NCBI GenBank assembly: GCA_051531975.1
Contig: JAOPTT010000002.1
Location: 185,968-249,967, forward strand
Direction of reading: 5' to 3'
DNA from: Spirochaetaceae bacterium
Lineage (GTDB): Bacteria; Spirochaetota; Spirochaetia; DSM-2461
Length of the DNA: 64,000 nt
The notes under the pieces are model-generated. The model did not search any database. It saw nothing but the letters and a program-made list of their open reading frames with translations, and was not told the DNA's origin. Below, piece after piece: positions 1 to 10,080 of the stretch. Position 1 is the first letter of the stretch. Every line of letters starts with the position of its first letter. The position numbers and the translations under genes are program-made.

Positions 1-261
1 ACCTCCAAAAGCTGAAATGATATTCACCCCATAAGCATTCAGAATAGTTGCAGGATTGTAAAAAACATTAGCATATGCAGCAAAATCTATAACTTTAGGA
101 AAAAAAGTATACCCATAAGTTCTAATCGTTTCACTGTTTGAAAGTGAAGTAACGATAACATACCATAAAGGTATAATACACAATAATGAATATATAAATA
201 ATATAATATATATAACCGGACTAGTGGTCTTTTGGTTTAATTTATTTCTTTTCGATAACAT
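1..261 (-). CDS. Carbohydrate ABC transporter permease (LplC/MalG-like), runs off the window start
   Basis: Not in ORF track. Hand translation from ATG at 261 (SD AAGGAGG upstream): MLSKRNKLNQKTTSPVIYIIIFIYSLLCIIPLWYVIVTSLSNSETIRTYGYTFFPKVIDFAAYANVF..., open to base 1; follows the permease at 279..1256. Confidence 0.88.
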   Translation of the reverse strand, partial: MLSKRNKLNQKTTSPVIYIILFIYSLLCIIPLWYVIVTSLSNSETIRTYGYTFFPKVIDFAAYANVFYNPATILNAYGVNIISAFGG

Positions 262-278
262 AAGTAATAATTCCTCCT

Positions 279-1256
279 TTAGAATATTGCACTTTCTGGG
301 CTCATTCTTTTAATAATAGAATTGGTGATCAGAACCAGAATCACACCTATAACTGTTTGAAACAGACCGACGGCTGATGACATCCCAATATCTCCTACCT
401 GTACTGTAGCTCTATAAACATATGTATCAATTACATCTGTTGTACGATACAAAAGTCCTGAGTTTCGTGTTACTTGTAAAAATAGCCCTAAATCCTGCCT
501 AATTACCGATGTACCTACAGCTATCAATGACATCGTTGCAATTACCGGAGCTATCGAAGGAATTGAGATATTCCATGCTTGCTGCCATTTATTCGCACCA
601 TCTAACTCAGCAGCTTCAAACAATTCACTATTAATTTGCATTAACGCCGAATAATAAACTAATGACATCCATCCTACATTTTTCCAGGCATGAATTAGCG
701 GTATTATTATTGGCCAGGCTGAAGCCTTGGTATACCAATCAAATACATCAAACCCCATACTTTTCTTAAAAGTATTTACTACACCAGATTGGGCATTTAG
801 AAAAATATAAACGATAAAAGCAACCATAATCCATGAAAGAAAGTTTGGTAATATAACAGAGGTTTGTACTATTTTTAGTGCTATCCTATTTGTAAGTTGA
901 TACATAAGCAGTGCCACTATCAATGCAAGAACTGTGTTACATATTATGAATACGACTCCATAACCGATACTATTTCTTGTGATTCTCCAAAGATCATTGG
1001 AAGTTAAAAGGAATTCAAAATTTTCGAATCCAACCCATTTACTTCCAAATATACCTAAATTGTATTTATAATCTTTGAATGCCAAAACTGAGCCAGCTAA
1101 TGGTAAATAATTAAATATAAATAGATAGGTTAGAGCAGGTAATGACATAAGGAAAAATACTAAACTGCCTGAAGATGAAAAAGGTTTCCGTCTTATGGAC
1201 TTTTTAGTAAAAAGAAAACGACCTTTTGTTTTAGGATTTTCTTGATTGTTGCTCAT
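279..1256 (-). CDS. Carbohydrate ABC transporter permease (LplB/YteP-like)
   Basis: Multiple TM segments, SKWVGFENFEFL, EAA loop FEAAELDGANKWQQAWNISIP, C-terminal DVIDTYVYR...AVGLFQ. Confidence 0.93.
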   Translation of the reverse strand: MSNNQENPKTKGRFLFTKKSIRRKPFSSSGSLVFFLMSLPALTYLFIFNYLPLAGSVLAFKDYKYNLGIFGSKWVGFENFEFLLTSNDLWRITRNSIGYGVVFIICNTVLALIVALLMYQLTNRIALKIVQTSVILPNFLSWIMVAFIVYIFLNAQSGVVNTFKKSMGFDVFDWYTKASAWPIIIPLIHAWKNVGWMSLVYYSALMQINSELFEAAELDGANKWQQAWNISIPSIAPVIATMSLIAVGTSVIRQDLGLFLQVTRNSGLLYRTTDVIDTYVYRATVQVGDIGMSSAVGLFQTVIGVILVLITNSIIKRMSPESAIF

Positions 1257-1290
1257 ACTTATAGACTCCTGTATTTGTTAAGTTGATATA

Positions 1291-1446
1291 TTTATTATGT
1301 AACGGTTTTTTACAGCTGCATACGCCATAATTTTTACCTAAGGACACGAATATTGCCCAGTTTTTATTCTTATTTATATCTATGGTGTTTATTCTGATTT
1401 ACTGATGTCAATATATGTGACTATTTGATTTAATGAATAATTATTT
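1291..1446. promoter_or_regulatory. Promoter cassette copy 1 (upstream of ABC permease operon)
   Basis: Minus strand CTGGGCAATATTCGTGTCCTTAGGTAAAAATTATGGCG-TATGCA-N17-CATAAT; near-identical to copies at 2471, 6952, 10081. Confidence 0.75.
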
Positions 1447-1576
1447 TGGTGGGATAGAATTTATGAACCCACCTAAGTAATGATTTCGAATTCATCTTCT
1501 TAGATATATACTGGGCTGCACAATCATTATTATTACTCAAGTTTTTAGAATGTAAAAAATGATTCATGTCCCTTTT

Positions 1577-2398
1577 TTAGTTTACAGTATAATGGTACTC
1601 CTTAAGTTCCTGTACCACTTCGGGATATTCATTCCAGATATTCTTGGTTTCCCTACTATCATTTTCAATATTATATAGTTGCCCCCTCAGGACCTTCATT
1701 ATTATTATATCTTGCAGGTTCGCTGAACCCACCAGAACCTAATCCGGCTTTTATTACATCTGGCCACATAGCAAGGCAAGGTTCTTTATGTCCACCCTCA
1801 TAAATATAACCTTTCTGACCTCTTAAATTACCGATGGCCTTATGTCCATAATCTTTACCATTATAATTTAAAACACGAACACCATTGTCACTTGAAATAA
1901 TGACAAAAGTATTATCTTTCATACCATTTTCAGCAAGAGAATCCATTATTTCTCCAACCATATAGTCTACTACAAGTACCATATCACCTCTCAGTCCGGC
2001 AGTTGATTTACCTTTGAACTGATCGGGAGGAACACATGGTCTATGAGGTGATGTAGGAGTCACATGCATATAAAATGGTGTATCTTTTTCTTGTCCTCTT
2101 TCATTTATATATTCAACCGCTTTCTCGGTGAATTTCATATCAACATGTCTATCATCCCAACATTTTGACATCATTCCTTTTCGCTGCTGCGGATATTAGT
2201 TTGTTTTTTCTATATCTGGGATTGTTTCAGGTTCATTATTCTTGAGAAAACAATATGGAGGCATATCATGAAAAGTAACCCCTCCTGTGCCATACGGTCC
2301 ATATTAGGTGTTTTAAACTTTTCAGCGCCATAGCAACTCAAATCACCATAGCCCATATCATCAGCAATGATAGTAATTATATTTTGTCTTTTATTCAT
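1577..2398 (-). pseudogene. Arylsulfatase-family pseudogene with two internal deletions and frameshifts
   Basis: N-terminus [30 protein letters not shown], then jumps to HDMPPYCF (other frame), PHRPCVPP, SSDNG, GQKGYIYEGGH, and C-terminal GQLYNIENDSRETKNIWNEYPEVV in a further frame; no CxPxR motif. Confidence 0.88.
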
Positions 2399-2470
2399 AT
2401 TTATCTCCTTAAAAAATTCCTATTTAGTAGCTTTTATCTTTTCCAACCCTTCGACCGGTTAGTTTATGTA

Positions 2471-2717
2471 ATTATTATGTTCCGGTTTTTTACAGCTGCA
2501 TACGCCTTTATTTTTACTTAAGGTCACGAATGTTGACCAGTTGTATTATTTCTTAATCTATTGTTTTAATCGTGTTATAAGAATATTAAGATAAGTAACT
2601 ATTCATATATTATGAACAATTATTCTGAAGGTATGGTAAAGTTATTTATATTTACAGTTAGTTTAGTGGTTGTAGATCAACGGCAAAATGAAGCTAAAAC
2701 ATATGTATATTTATCTT
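2471..2717. promoter_or_regulatory. Promoter cassette copy 2 (upstream of sulfatase pseudogene)
   Basis: Minus strand CTGGTCAACATTCGTGACCTTAAGTAAAAATAAAGGCG-TATGCA-N17-CATAAT; plus-strand tail TATTCTGAAGGTATGGTAAAGTTATT matches the leader of the regulator at 10258. Confidence 0.75.
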
Positions 2718-3883
2718 GTAAGGACTAGAAACAACGATAAACCTAACATTACACAGCCAAGTAACACTTTGACTATTGTCATTCTTCGTTTCGTTATGCT
2801 TAATAAATTCTGCCATGTCAGCCCAAAAACAGATAGAACAATTATTATTAATAAAGGTAGTACAAATAAGAAGTTATAGAAAAGCAAGTATAAAAATCCC
2901 TTGGCTTTAAATCCAACTGTATTTGTCATTAATATAATTGTTGGTAAATAGACCTGTCCAGTACAGACTGCTTCCAACAGAGAAATAAGGAACCCTGTTA
3001 ATATGGAGCCAAGAACCAAACTACGGCCTTTCAAATTGTACCTTATGATTTTATGCATACTCTTTTTTATTGGAAGTGGTAATTGCACTTTGATCTTTCC
3101 AAGTTCGTCTAAGCGATAATAATTGAAAGCGTCAATAAAACATATAACACCTACAATGGCAGAAAATGCTATTGCAAGCCATTTTATTATTTCTGAAATG
3201 AGATAATAGTTTTGCAACATTGTAATTCCTTTAAAAGCTCCAAGTCCAAGTAAAAGGTATGTTAAATAAACACTAAAGGAAAAACACAATCCAACAATCA
3301 TAATTTCTTTTTTAGTCCTTTTTTTTGTCGATAAAAACGAGATTAAAAATATTATTGTCGCTATGGCACATGGATTAATTCCATCTATCAAACCGGCAAG
3401 GAAGATTCCCAAAAAAGTAAATGCTTGCAAATCTGCCTTTAGATAAGATTGTGTTTCATTTTCTTCAGTATTTAATACCAGGATTTTCCATTTCTCGTTA
3501 TCAGCCAAATAAGTTTCAATTATTGCGACCGCATTATCCATAATGTTTCTATATCCCGCAATATATGTATCTGCTACAACAAGAAATTGAGGATAAGACT
3601 TATCTAGATTGAATTCCTTTTCATATGCCTCTAGTAATAGATATCCTTCTTTATCTTGTAATTCATGAAAGGATAAATCAATTTGTTTGGGATATCTCAT
3701 TTTATATACAGAAAGGATCTCATTTTCAATTTTAAGGCACTTACTGCAAGAATCCGATCCGAAAAACTGGATCCTTAGTTTTTCAGTTCTGATTGTTTCA
3801 GAATTGAGCATACAAAGGCTACCAATAAAGAGTAATGTAATAATATGCAGTTTTTTTAGTTTGATAATAATCTTATACTCCAA
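2711..3883 (-). CDS. Thioredoxin-like (CxxC) domain fused to CcdA/DsbD-type transmembrane domain
   Basis: N-terminal FFGSDSCSKC; TM region with DGINPCAI and LEAVCTGQVY cysteine motifs. Confidence 0.8.
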   Translation of the reverse strand: MEYKIIIKLKKLHIITLLFIGSLCMLNSETIRTEKLRIQFFGSDSCSKCLKIENEILSVYKMRYPKQIDLSFHELQDKEGYLLLEAYEKEFNLDKSYPQFLVVADTYIAGYRNIMDNAVAIIETYLADNEKWKILVLNTEENETQSYLKADLQAFTFLGIFLAGLIDGINPCAIATIIFLISFLSTKKRTKKEIMIVGLCFSFSVYLTYLLLGLGAFKGITMLQNYYLISEIIKWLAIAFSAIVGVICFIDAFNYYRLDELGKIKVQLPLPIKKSMHKIIRYNLKGRSLVLGSILTGFLISLLEAVCTGQVYLPTIILMTNTVGFKAKGFLYLLFYNFLFVLPLLIIIVLSVFGLTWQNLLSITKRRMTIVKVLLGCVMLGLSLFLVLTR

Positions 3884-4087
3884 TTTCTTTTACCAGGATT
3901 AAAACAGTTATCGGTTATGATTGACTTTATTGCTTATTTCCTTGTTTTTTTACCATGGTTATAATAATAATATGCAAAAGGACTGTCTACTTTTGAGACA
4001 GCCCAATAATTTTAAACTAGTAAATAGTTATCTGACTATCGGTGTAATAAAACCATACAGTCAGAAACTGTAATAAATAAGGGGATA

Positions 4088-6415
4088 TTAATTCCCGAAC
4101 ACCTGAACTTCCGCTAGGCTTAAAGCAGCGTCACCGTTCTGTATGATTTTCACATAACTACCAATAATGCCCCCGGCATTTACGGTTGTGGATGGATCGG
4201 GATATCCTGTCTGATAATTTTCCCAGATTACATCTCCGACTGCATCTAAGACTAGGATAGTATAGTCAGTGAGTCTTGACATATATTTTGTGTCAGTTCT
4301 GTTCCAGATAATGATATCACCAATACTATAGTTCTGTTCCAGGTCGACTTGCCACCAGGACCCACTCCCAGTAGCTTCTGTATGGGTTACAGAACCACTG
4401 GACCAGAGACCATCAGTGTTTCCATCAACTGCTCTGCTTGCCTCACCTTCATATGCTGTTGTGGATTGTTCCGTAGTTTTGCCATCAGAAATGTTTTCAT
4501 CTGGTTCTACTGGTGGATCAACATCCAATTCTTCATAGACCTGAACTTCCGCAAGGCTCAAAGGGTTTGCGCTGTTCTGTATGATTTTCACATATCTACC
4601 CGTGATACCCCCAGCATTTGCGGTTGTAAATGGATTGGGATATTCGGTCTGATCATCATCCCAGATTGCTGTTTCACTTGAATCTAGGATCTGTATAGTG
4701 TAATCACTGAGTCTGGACATATATTGTGTGTCTGTTCTGTTCCAGATAATGATATCACCAATACTATATTCCTCTCCAAGGTCTACCTGCCACCAGGAAC
4801 CACTCACTGCGTCTGTATGGGTTACAGAACCACTAGCCCAGAGACCATCAGTGTTTCCATCTACTGCTCTGCCTGCTACACCAGAATAAGCTGTTATAGA
4901 TTGTTCAGCAGTTTTGCCTTCAGCAATGTTACCACCTGGCTCAACTGGTGGAACAATAATAACACCGTCAGTTGTCAGTTTAATTACTGAATCCACCGAG
5001 TCCCATGAATCACTGGAATTAAGCGTTATACTTACCTGGCTCGATGTCTGAGAGAAGCTACAAGCGTTGCCTGTACGTAAGTTAACTGCAGAAGTGTATA
5101 CTCTACCGTCATCTGGAGTATTAATGGTGAGAGTTGTTCCAGAAAGAGATTTTAATACATGAAGATATTCAAAGTCACCATCGGCTGATCGGGTAGCAAT
5201 ACCCCAATCCAAATCGTTAATAGTTGTTCCTTCAGCTGTTGGCCATGAATCACTTGGGACCGTGCTTTTAATAGACTCACCCACTTCATCAATCATGCTT
5301 CCTAAACCTGTCATACCGGAGAGTATACCTTCATTCCAGGATACTGTAGTAGTTGGATATGGACCCATGGACCAAGCCACTCCACCACCTTCTTCGTTAA
5401 CTCCAGCTTGTAGAACTGTGTACTTATACATCATTTCACTTGTATAACGAATAGTTCCTGGTTCAGCAAACCAAGCACTGTCTGAAACAAAAGAAATCGA
5501 TCTCTCGTATGCAGGCCATGTTTCCTCATTAGCATTATCAATCACATAACCATCTCTTGAGAAAGTAACCGAGGGTACCTTAACCTCAACGGCACCAAAA
5601 TCTGCGCTTTCGTTAGCGAAAGTATTCGCTATCAATACGGCATCAGGAAGTATTGCTCTAATGGTTTCTCCTATACGAGCCGTATCTGTACAACCATAGG
5701 ACAAACCCTTATCAAACCAGAATCCTTTAACTTGTGCCTTATAGCGATTTGTCAATTCTGCGATCAGCTCATTAAGAAAGTCGTTGTAGGTTTCTGAGTA
5801 GGTGCTTCTATCAATGTAGCCAACTGCGGCTTGTTGTTCAGGAGAAAAGTTATGAGCTTCCGAAGGTTGAATATACCAATATACATCAAGATCTTCAGCT
5901 TCACAGGCATCTAATAATTCCTGTAATACATCACGCTGAGAACTATGAGGTTCACCTAACCAATCATCAATGACATCACTTGGGTATAATGGATACTGCC
6001 AACAATGCCACGCCGTAAAAATAAGATACTCTGGGCTCATTGCAACGATGTCGTCTACAAATCCTTGCACATCAAAATTATCAGCTACTTCATCTACGGT
6101 TTCTGGAATAGATCCATCTGGATATTGAGTAATAGAACATCCGTATTCGTCTGTAGCACTACCACCAAAGCCATAATGTACAAATATTCCATAACCTTTA
6201 TGACTATATTCCTCAAAAGCACTGGATGTATCAGTCACATTGTAATTAGATGTACTAGACACAGAACGATTCACACCATTATTTGCATCTTCAAGAACTT
6301 GTACTGGAGTATCATCTCCTGGCAAGCTACAAGAGATTGTAATCATTGTCATAAGGCATATGAATACAACACCTAGCAATATTCTTCTTTTTTTCTTCAC
6401 TGTTCGTTTTTTCAA
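4088..6415 (-). CDS. Lipoprotein, GH29-like (alpha-L-fucosidase-related) catalytic domain plus two F-type lectin/F5-8 type C modules
   Basis: TTG start with GGAGGA SD; lipobox ITISC; YGIFVHYG, YLIFTAWH..YPS, RDVLQELLDAC, GFWFD; two repeats of RAVDGNT..VTHT..WWQVDL..IWNRTD. Confidence 0.78.
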   Translation of the reverse strand: MKKRTVKKKRRILLGVVFICLMTMITISCSLPGDDTPVQVLEDANNGVNRSVSSTSNYNVTDTSSAFEEYSHKGYGIFVHYGFGGSATDEYGCSITQYPDGSIPETVDEVADNFDVQGFVDDIVAMSPEYLIFTAWHCWQYPLYPSDVIDDWLGEPHSSQRDVLQELLDACEAEDLDVYWYIQPSEAHNFSPEQQAAVGYIDRSTYSETYNDFLNELIAELTNRYKAQVKGFWFDKGLSYGCTDTARIGETIRAILPDAVLIANTFANESADFGAVEVKVPSVTFSRDGYVIDNANEETWPAYERSISFVSDSAWFAEPGTIRYTSEMMYKYTVLQAGVNEEGGGVAWSMGPYPTTTVSWNEGILSGMTGLGSMIDEVGESIKSTVPSDSWPTAEGTTINDLDWGIATRSADGDFEYLHVLKSLSGTTLTINTPDDGRVYTSAVNLRTGNACSFSQTSSQVSITLNSSDSWDSVDSVIKLTTDGVIIVPPVEPGGNIAEGKTAEQSITAYSGVAGRAVDGNTDGLWASGSVTHTDAVSGSWWQVDLGEEYSIGDIIIWNRTDTQYMSRLSDYTIQILDSSETAIWDDDQTEYPNPFTTANAGGITGRYVKIIQNSANPLSLAEVQVYEELDVDPPVEPDENISDGKTTEQSTTAYEGEASRAVDGNTDGLWSSGSVTHTEATGSGSWWQVDLEQNYSIGDIIIWNRTDTKYMSRLTDYTILVLDAVGDVIWENYQTGYPDPSTTVNAGGIIGSYVKIIQNGDAALSLAEVQVFGN
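4091..4935 (-). repeat. Intragenic tandem duplication of a ~140-aa lectin module
   Basis: Similar DNA blocks, e.g. TATGGGTTACAGAACCACT..CCAGAGACCATCAGTGTTTCCATC at ~4381 and ~4816. Confidence 0.9.
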
Positions 6416-6859
6416 CTATATCCTCCGTATTTTAATGATAGGATCTGTAAATTCAGCTTTAATCCTTATCATAAACATAATTAAACATGGTGAAATAATA
6501 ATTTCTCAACCATGAAATTTAACTAAAAATAATTATTTGACTTACAGGTTTATTAATATCGCTAGTCAGACTTCAATTATTTTTTTCATCTCTCATTAGC
6601 ATCCACGTTCTTTCCAGCTCCCCAATTCTGATTACTAAATACATGATGCCAATCCATAGTTCTATAGCTATTTGCATCATCCACAAAATAAGAATAATAC
6701 AACCATACTTTACCCATCCCATAGATATTTATATGGAACTAATTTATAAAGATGTGTTCCAAGGAATATACAGCACTGATGAAAATACAAGCAGTATTCC
6801 TGTTAGTAAAATTTTAACTTGTTTATATAATTTAAAATGATAAAAATTTACATCTTTTT

Positions 6860-7200
6860 AGACTTCTTAGTAGAAAGATATTGACCTTTAGTTGTATAAC
6901 TTTCTTGGTTGTTGCTCAATTTATTGAAACTGTATTTGTTAGGTTGATATATTTATTATGGACCTGTTTTTTACAGACGTATACGCCATTATTTTTACTT
7001 AAGGTCACGAATATTGACAAGCTTTATTATTAATTCAACTTATGCTTAGAATTCTGATATACTTATATCAAAAGATGTGACCACTCATATGTAATGAATA
7101 ATTATTTATTAGGTGTGATAAATTTATTTACAGTAACAGCGTGTTTTAATGAGTGTAGGTCAATGGAGAGATGAAGCTAACACATTTGTATATTTATCTT
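6860..7200. repeat. Promoter cassette copy 3 with decayed relic of the permease 5' end
   Basis: TTTCTTGGTTGTTGCTCAAT...TGTATTTGTTAGGTTGATATATTTATTATG mirrors 1238..1299; core at 6952..7021; tail ATGAAGCTAACACATTTGTATATTTATCTT mirrors 2688..2717. Confidence 0.8.
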
Positions 7201-7374
7201 TAAATTGACCATAAAATGTTTTATTTTTAAATAAGTTATATATTGTGGATTTGTTTTTAATATCTTGTTTCAATATATCTGTATAATTTATCATCTCTTT
7301 ATATAGCTTTCAAATTACATCCATACGTCAAAGATTTTAGGATTCAAGATACCTATGATGTCATACTCCAACCT

Positions 7375-8359
7375 TCATTTATATTGTATGCTTCCAAGTT
7401 CATCCATTTGATTTAAAACAACATCTGTCACAATTGCATTTCTTAAGGAATCCTCATAAGTTACTAAAGGTTTTTCTCCCTCTAAAATACAACGTCCTAA
7501 CTGACTTACTTCCAGCTTATAATTATTCTCGCTGACTACTGAAATAGTTTCACTTTTATCATCTTTAATGATTTCGATTTTAAGTTCACCAGATCCATTA
7601 AAATTTAAGTTTCCCTCTATTCTTCCTTTTTTTCCCACCAAAGTATAACCGCTCCAGCTATATGTGTTCATGGCACAATACGAAACTGCTGTAATACCAC
7701 CTTCGAAAGTCATAAGTATCCAACTGTTTAAATCTACTTCAGTTTCGGAATCAATCTCACCAACTGAATGAATATTCTTAGGTTCAGATCCTACAAGATA
7801 TCTAATATTACTTATAGCATAGACACCTGCATCAAGGGTTGCTCCACCACCTAAAGCCTTGCGTACCTAATATTTGATCTGTCTTTCAAATTAAATGTAA
7901 AATGGGATTCTATAAATTTTAGCTGACCTATTACCCCTTCATCTAACAGGCTCTTAACCTTTATTAACATAGGATTATGCCTAGAAGCAAAGGCCTCCAT
8001 AAATAACAATCCTTTTTCATCAAATACACTTTTAATTTTTTAACCTCATCTGCTGACATGGCTAACAGCTTCTCACACAGAACATGTTTATTTTTTTTTG
8101 CCGCTTTAATTTCCCATTCAATATGTAAGTTGTTTGGTAATGGAATATAAACTGCATTTATATTTGGATCATCTAATAGTTCCTCATAACTCAAATATGT
8201 TTTAACTGGTTTGAATTTCTGGTTAAAAGCTTTTAGTTTTTCAATATTCCTACTAGTAAGTCCGTATAAAACTGCATTTTCTGACTCTAGAATACCCGAA
8301 ATTACACCATAATCAGCTATTCCTGCACAACTAATAACTCCCAGTTTATTTTTTTCCAT
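7375..8359 (-). pseudogene. Gfo/Idh/MocA family oxidoreductase, two frameshifts
   Basis: N-terminal part with VYIPLPNNLH..HVLCEK; continues as FMEAFASRHNP (shift ~8036-8041) and ALGGGATLDAGVY (shift ~7862), in frame with ORF 7375..7713. Confidence 0.85.
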
Positions 8360-8389
8360 TTTATATCTCCTTTAATATATAACTCATTT

Positions 8390-9140
8390 CTAACTTATTA
8401 GTTTTAGTATTTTTTTTAATCCCTCGATCGGATTTTTTATAGGGAATATTCAAGGCCTATATATCCTTCATAATTTATCTCATCGAGTTTTTTAAATATT
8501 TCTTTATAGTTTATTTCACCCAAATATAGTTCATTACGTCCTGGATTACCTGCTGCATGGATATGCCCAATCAAAGGAATATTTTGGCATATATTATTCA
8601 GAATATTACCTTCTGAAACTTGCTGATGGTATATATCAAACAGAACCTTTAAGTAAGGAGAATTTATTTCTTCAATTATTTGAAAAGCATCGTTAGAGCT
8701 ATAGAGATATTAATCTTTGTGATCCACTAAAACATTTGGGGTTCAATCATCAATATAATACCTGCGTCCTCAAGTAATGGAACACATTTTCTAAGACCTT
8801 CGATCATATTGTTTCGCTGTGAAATTCTTGGTGATCCTGTATCATGTCCAACAAGACTTATAAGTTGCTTTACTCCAAACCTCTTTACTACATTAAGGCT
8901 GTCAGAAAGTTCACGCAAATAACTCTCATGTTGATCTGAATCAACTAAACTTGTGGATTTCGTACAAAAGGTTGAAATCTTCATATCAAGCTTATCAAGT
9001 TGAGCTTCAAGTATATCCAAGTCTTTATCGGACCAATCCCAAAATTCAATAATATCTATGCCACATTGTTTAACTTTTTTCATGCTTTCTGTCATGTCTT
9101 GACCACCAAAAATAGCATCCAAACAAACCGAGATGTCCAT
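8390..9140 (-). pseudogene. Hydroxypyruvate isomerase (Hyi)-family TIM barrel pseudogene
   Basis: MDISVCLD..IEFWDW..MIEP, frameshift ~8738, in-frame TAA at 8710-8712, then LFDIYHQQVSEGN..HIHAAGNPGRNE..GLEY, further shift ~8445. Confidence 0.87.
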
Positions 9141-9157
9141 GTAAACCCCTATACTCT

Positions 9158-9967
9158 TTAAAGTGTCATTCCACAACTTTCAAGCAACTTAATAGTTGAG
9201 GGTAATTCTTTGCCGTTATTCAAATCTAGAAAATATTCTATGGCAACATTATGTTTGTATCCAATATTTTTAAGCATTTTTATACAAGCAGGTATATCCA
9301 AAGTACTTTTTTCTAGACCTTCTTGCATATTGTTTAAAGATGCACCTCTAATATGGCTGTGTACAACATACTTCATTACTGACCTTGATTGTTCCAAACT
9401 AATGCCCTGCATCTCTAAATGGCTTGGATCAAAAGTTAAACCCACTAAAGGGTACAATTCTCTCAATACGATTTCCACATCTTCAAGCCGTTCTAGTGTT
9501 GTCCCTTGATGACATTCTAAAGAAAAGCTAACACCATGCTTAGATGCTATTCTTGCCCATATTGGCAAACGTTTTAATAACAATGCAATATTAGGTTCAA
9601 CATCACTCTTACTTTGTATTGTCCCTGGACCGATTGTTATATTTCGAACTTTTAATATTGTTGCTAGCTCACAAACCTTCTCAAAGTGATTTGTTATTAT
9701 CTGAAATTCTTCTTCTGTTTTACAGGTTACTTGATGTATGAATCCACAATTAAACGAATCCACAGTCATCCCACAATTTTGTAAAACTACTAAAATCTCA
9801 GTAAAATAATTTATATCCATTAATCTAGAAGGGTATATCCCTTGCCATCCTTCAAGCATGGCCATATCCAGATACCTTGCTCCAAAGTCTGTCATTGTAA
9901 TAAAATTCTTAGACAAATCAGGATACTTATTTGATTCAAAATTCAATGATTGTATTGAAATATGCAT
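9158..9967 (-). CDS. Sugar phosphate isomerase/epimerase (xylose isomerase-like TIM barrel)
   Basis: Metal-ligand pattern SLECH, TFDPSH, HSHIR, VAIEY. Confidence 0.8.
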   Translation of the reverse strand: MHISIQSLNFESNKYPDLSKNFITMTDFGARYLDMAMLEGWQGIYPSRLMDINYFTEILVVLQNCGMTVDSFNCGFIHQVTCKTEEEFQIITNHFEKVCELATILKVRNITIGPGTIQSKSDVEPNIALLLKRLPIWARIASKHGVSFSLECHQGTTLERLEDVEIVLRELYPLVGLTFDPSHLEMQGISLEQSRSVMKYVVHSHIRGASLNNMQEGLEKSTLDIPACIKMLKNIGYKHNVAIEYFLDLNNGKELPSTIKLLESCGMTL

Positions 9968-10080
9968 TATTTTCTCCTCGTATTAATAAATTATAGGAAT
10001 ACTCAAATAGATATACTTTAATTATATCTGAAGATTTAATCATTATAATATTGTGCCTATAATAGTAGTTTAAGTTACCA

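Noticed and set aside
2400..2460. Similarity of the sulfatase leader to 8360-8435
   Set aside because: Short AT-rich match around a shared SD; cannot be distinguished from chance by eye
4349..6376. Short plus-strand ORFs inside the glycosidase gene
   Set aside because: Antisense shadows; similarity between two of them just reflects the duplicated lectin module
6643..6840. 65-aa plus-strand ORF
   Set aside because: No SD or recognisable motif; lies in a decayed intergenic stretch
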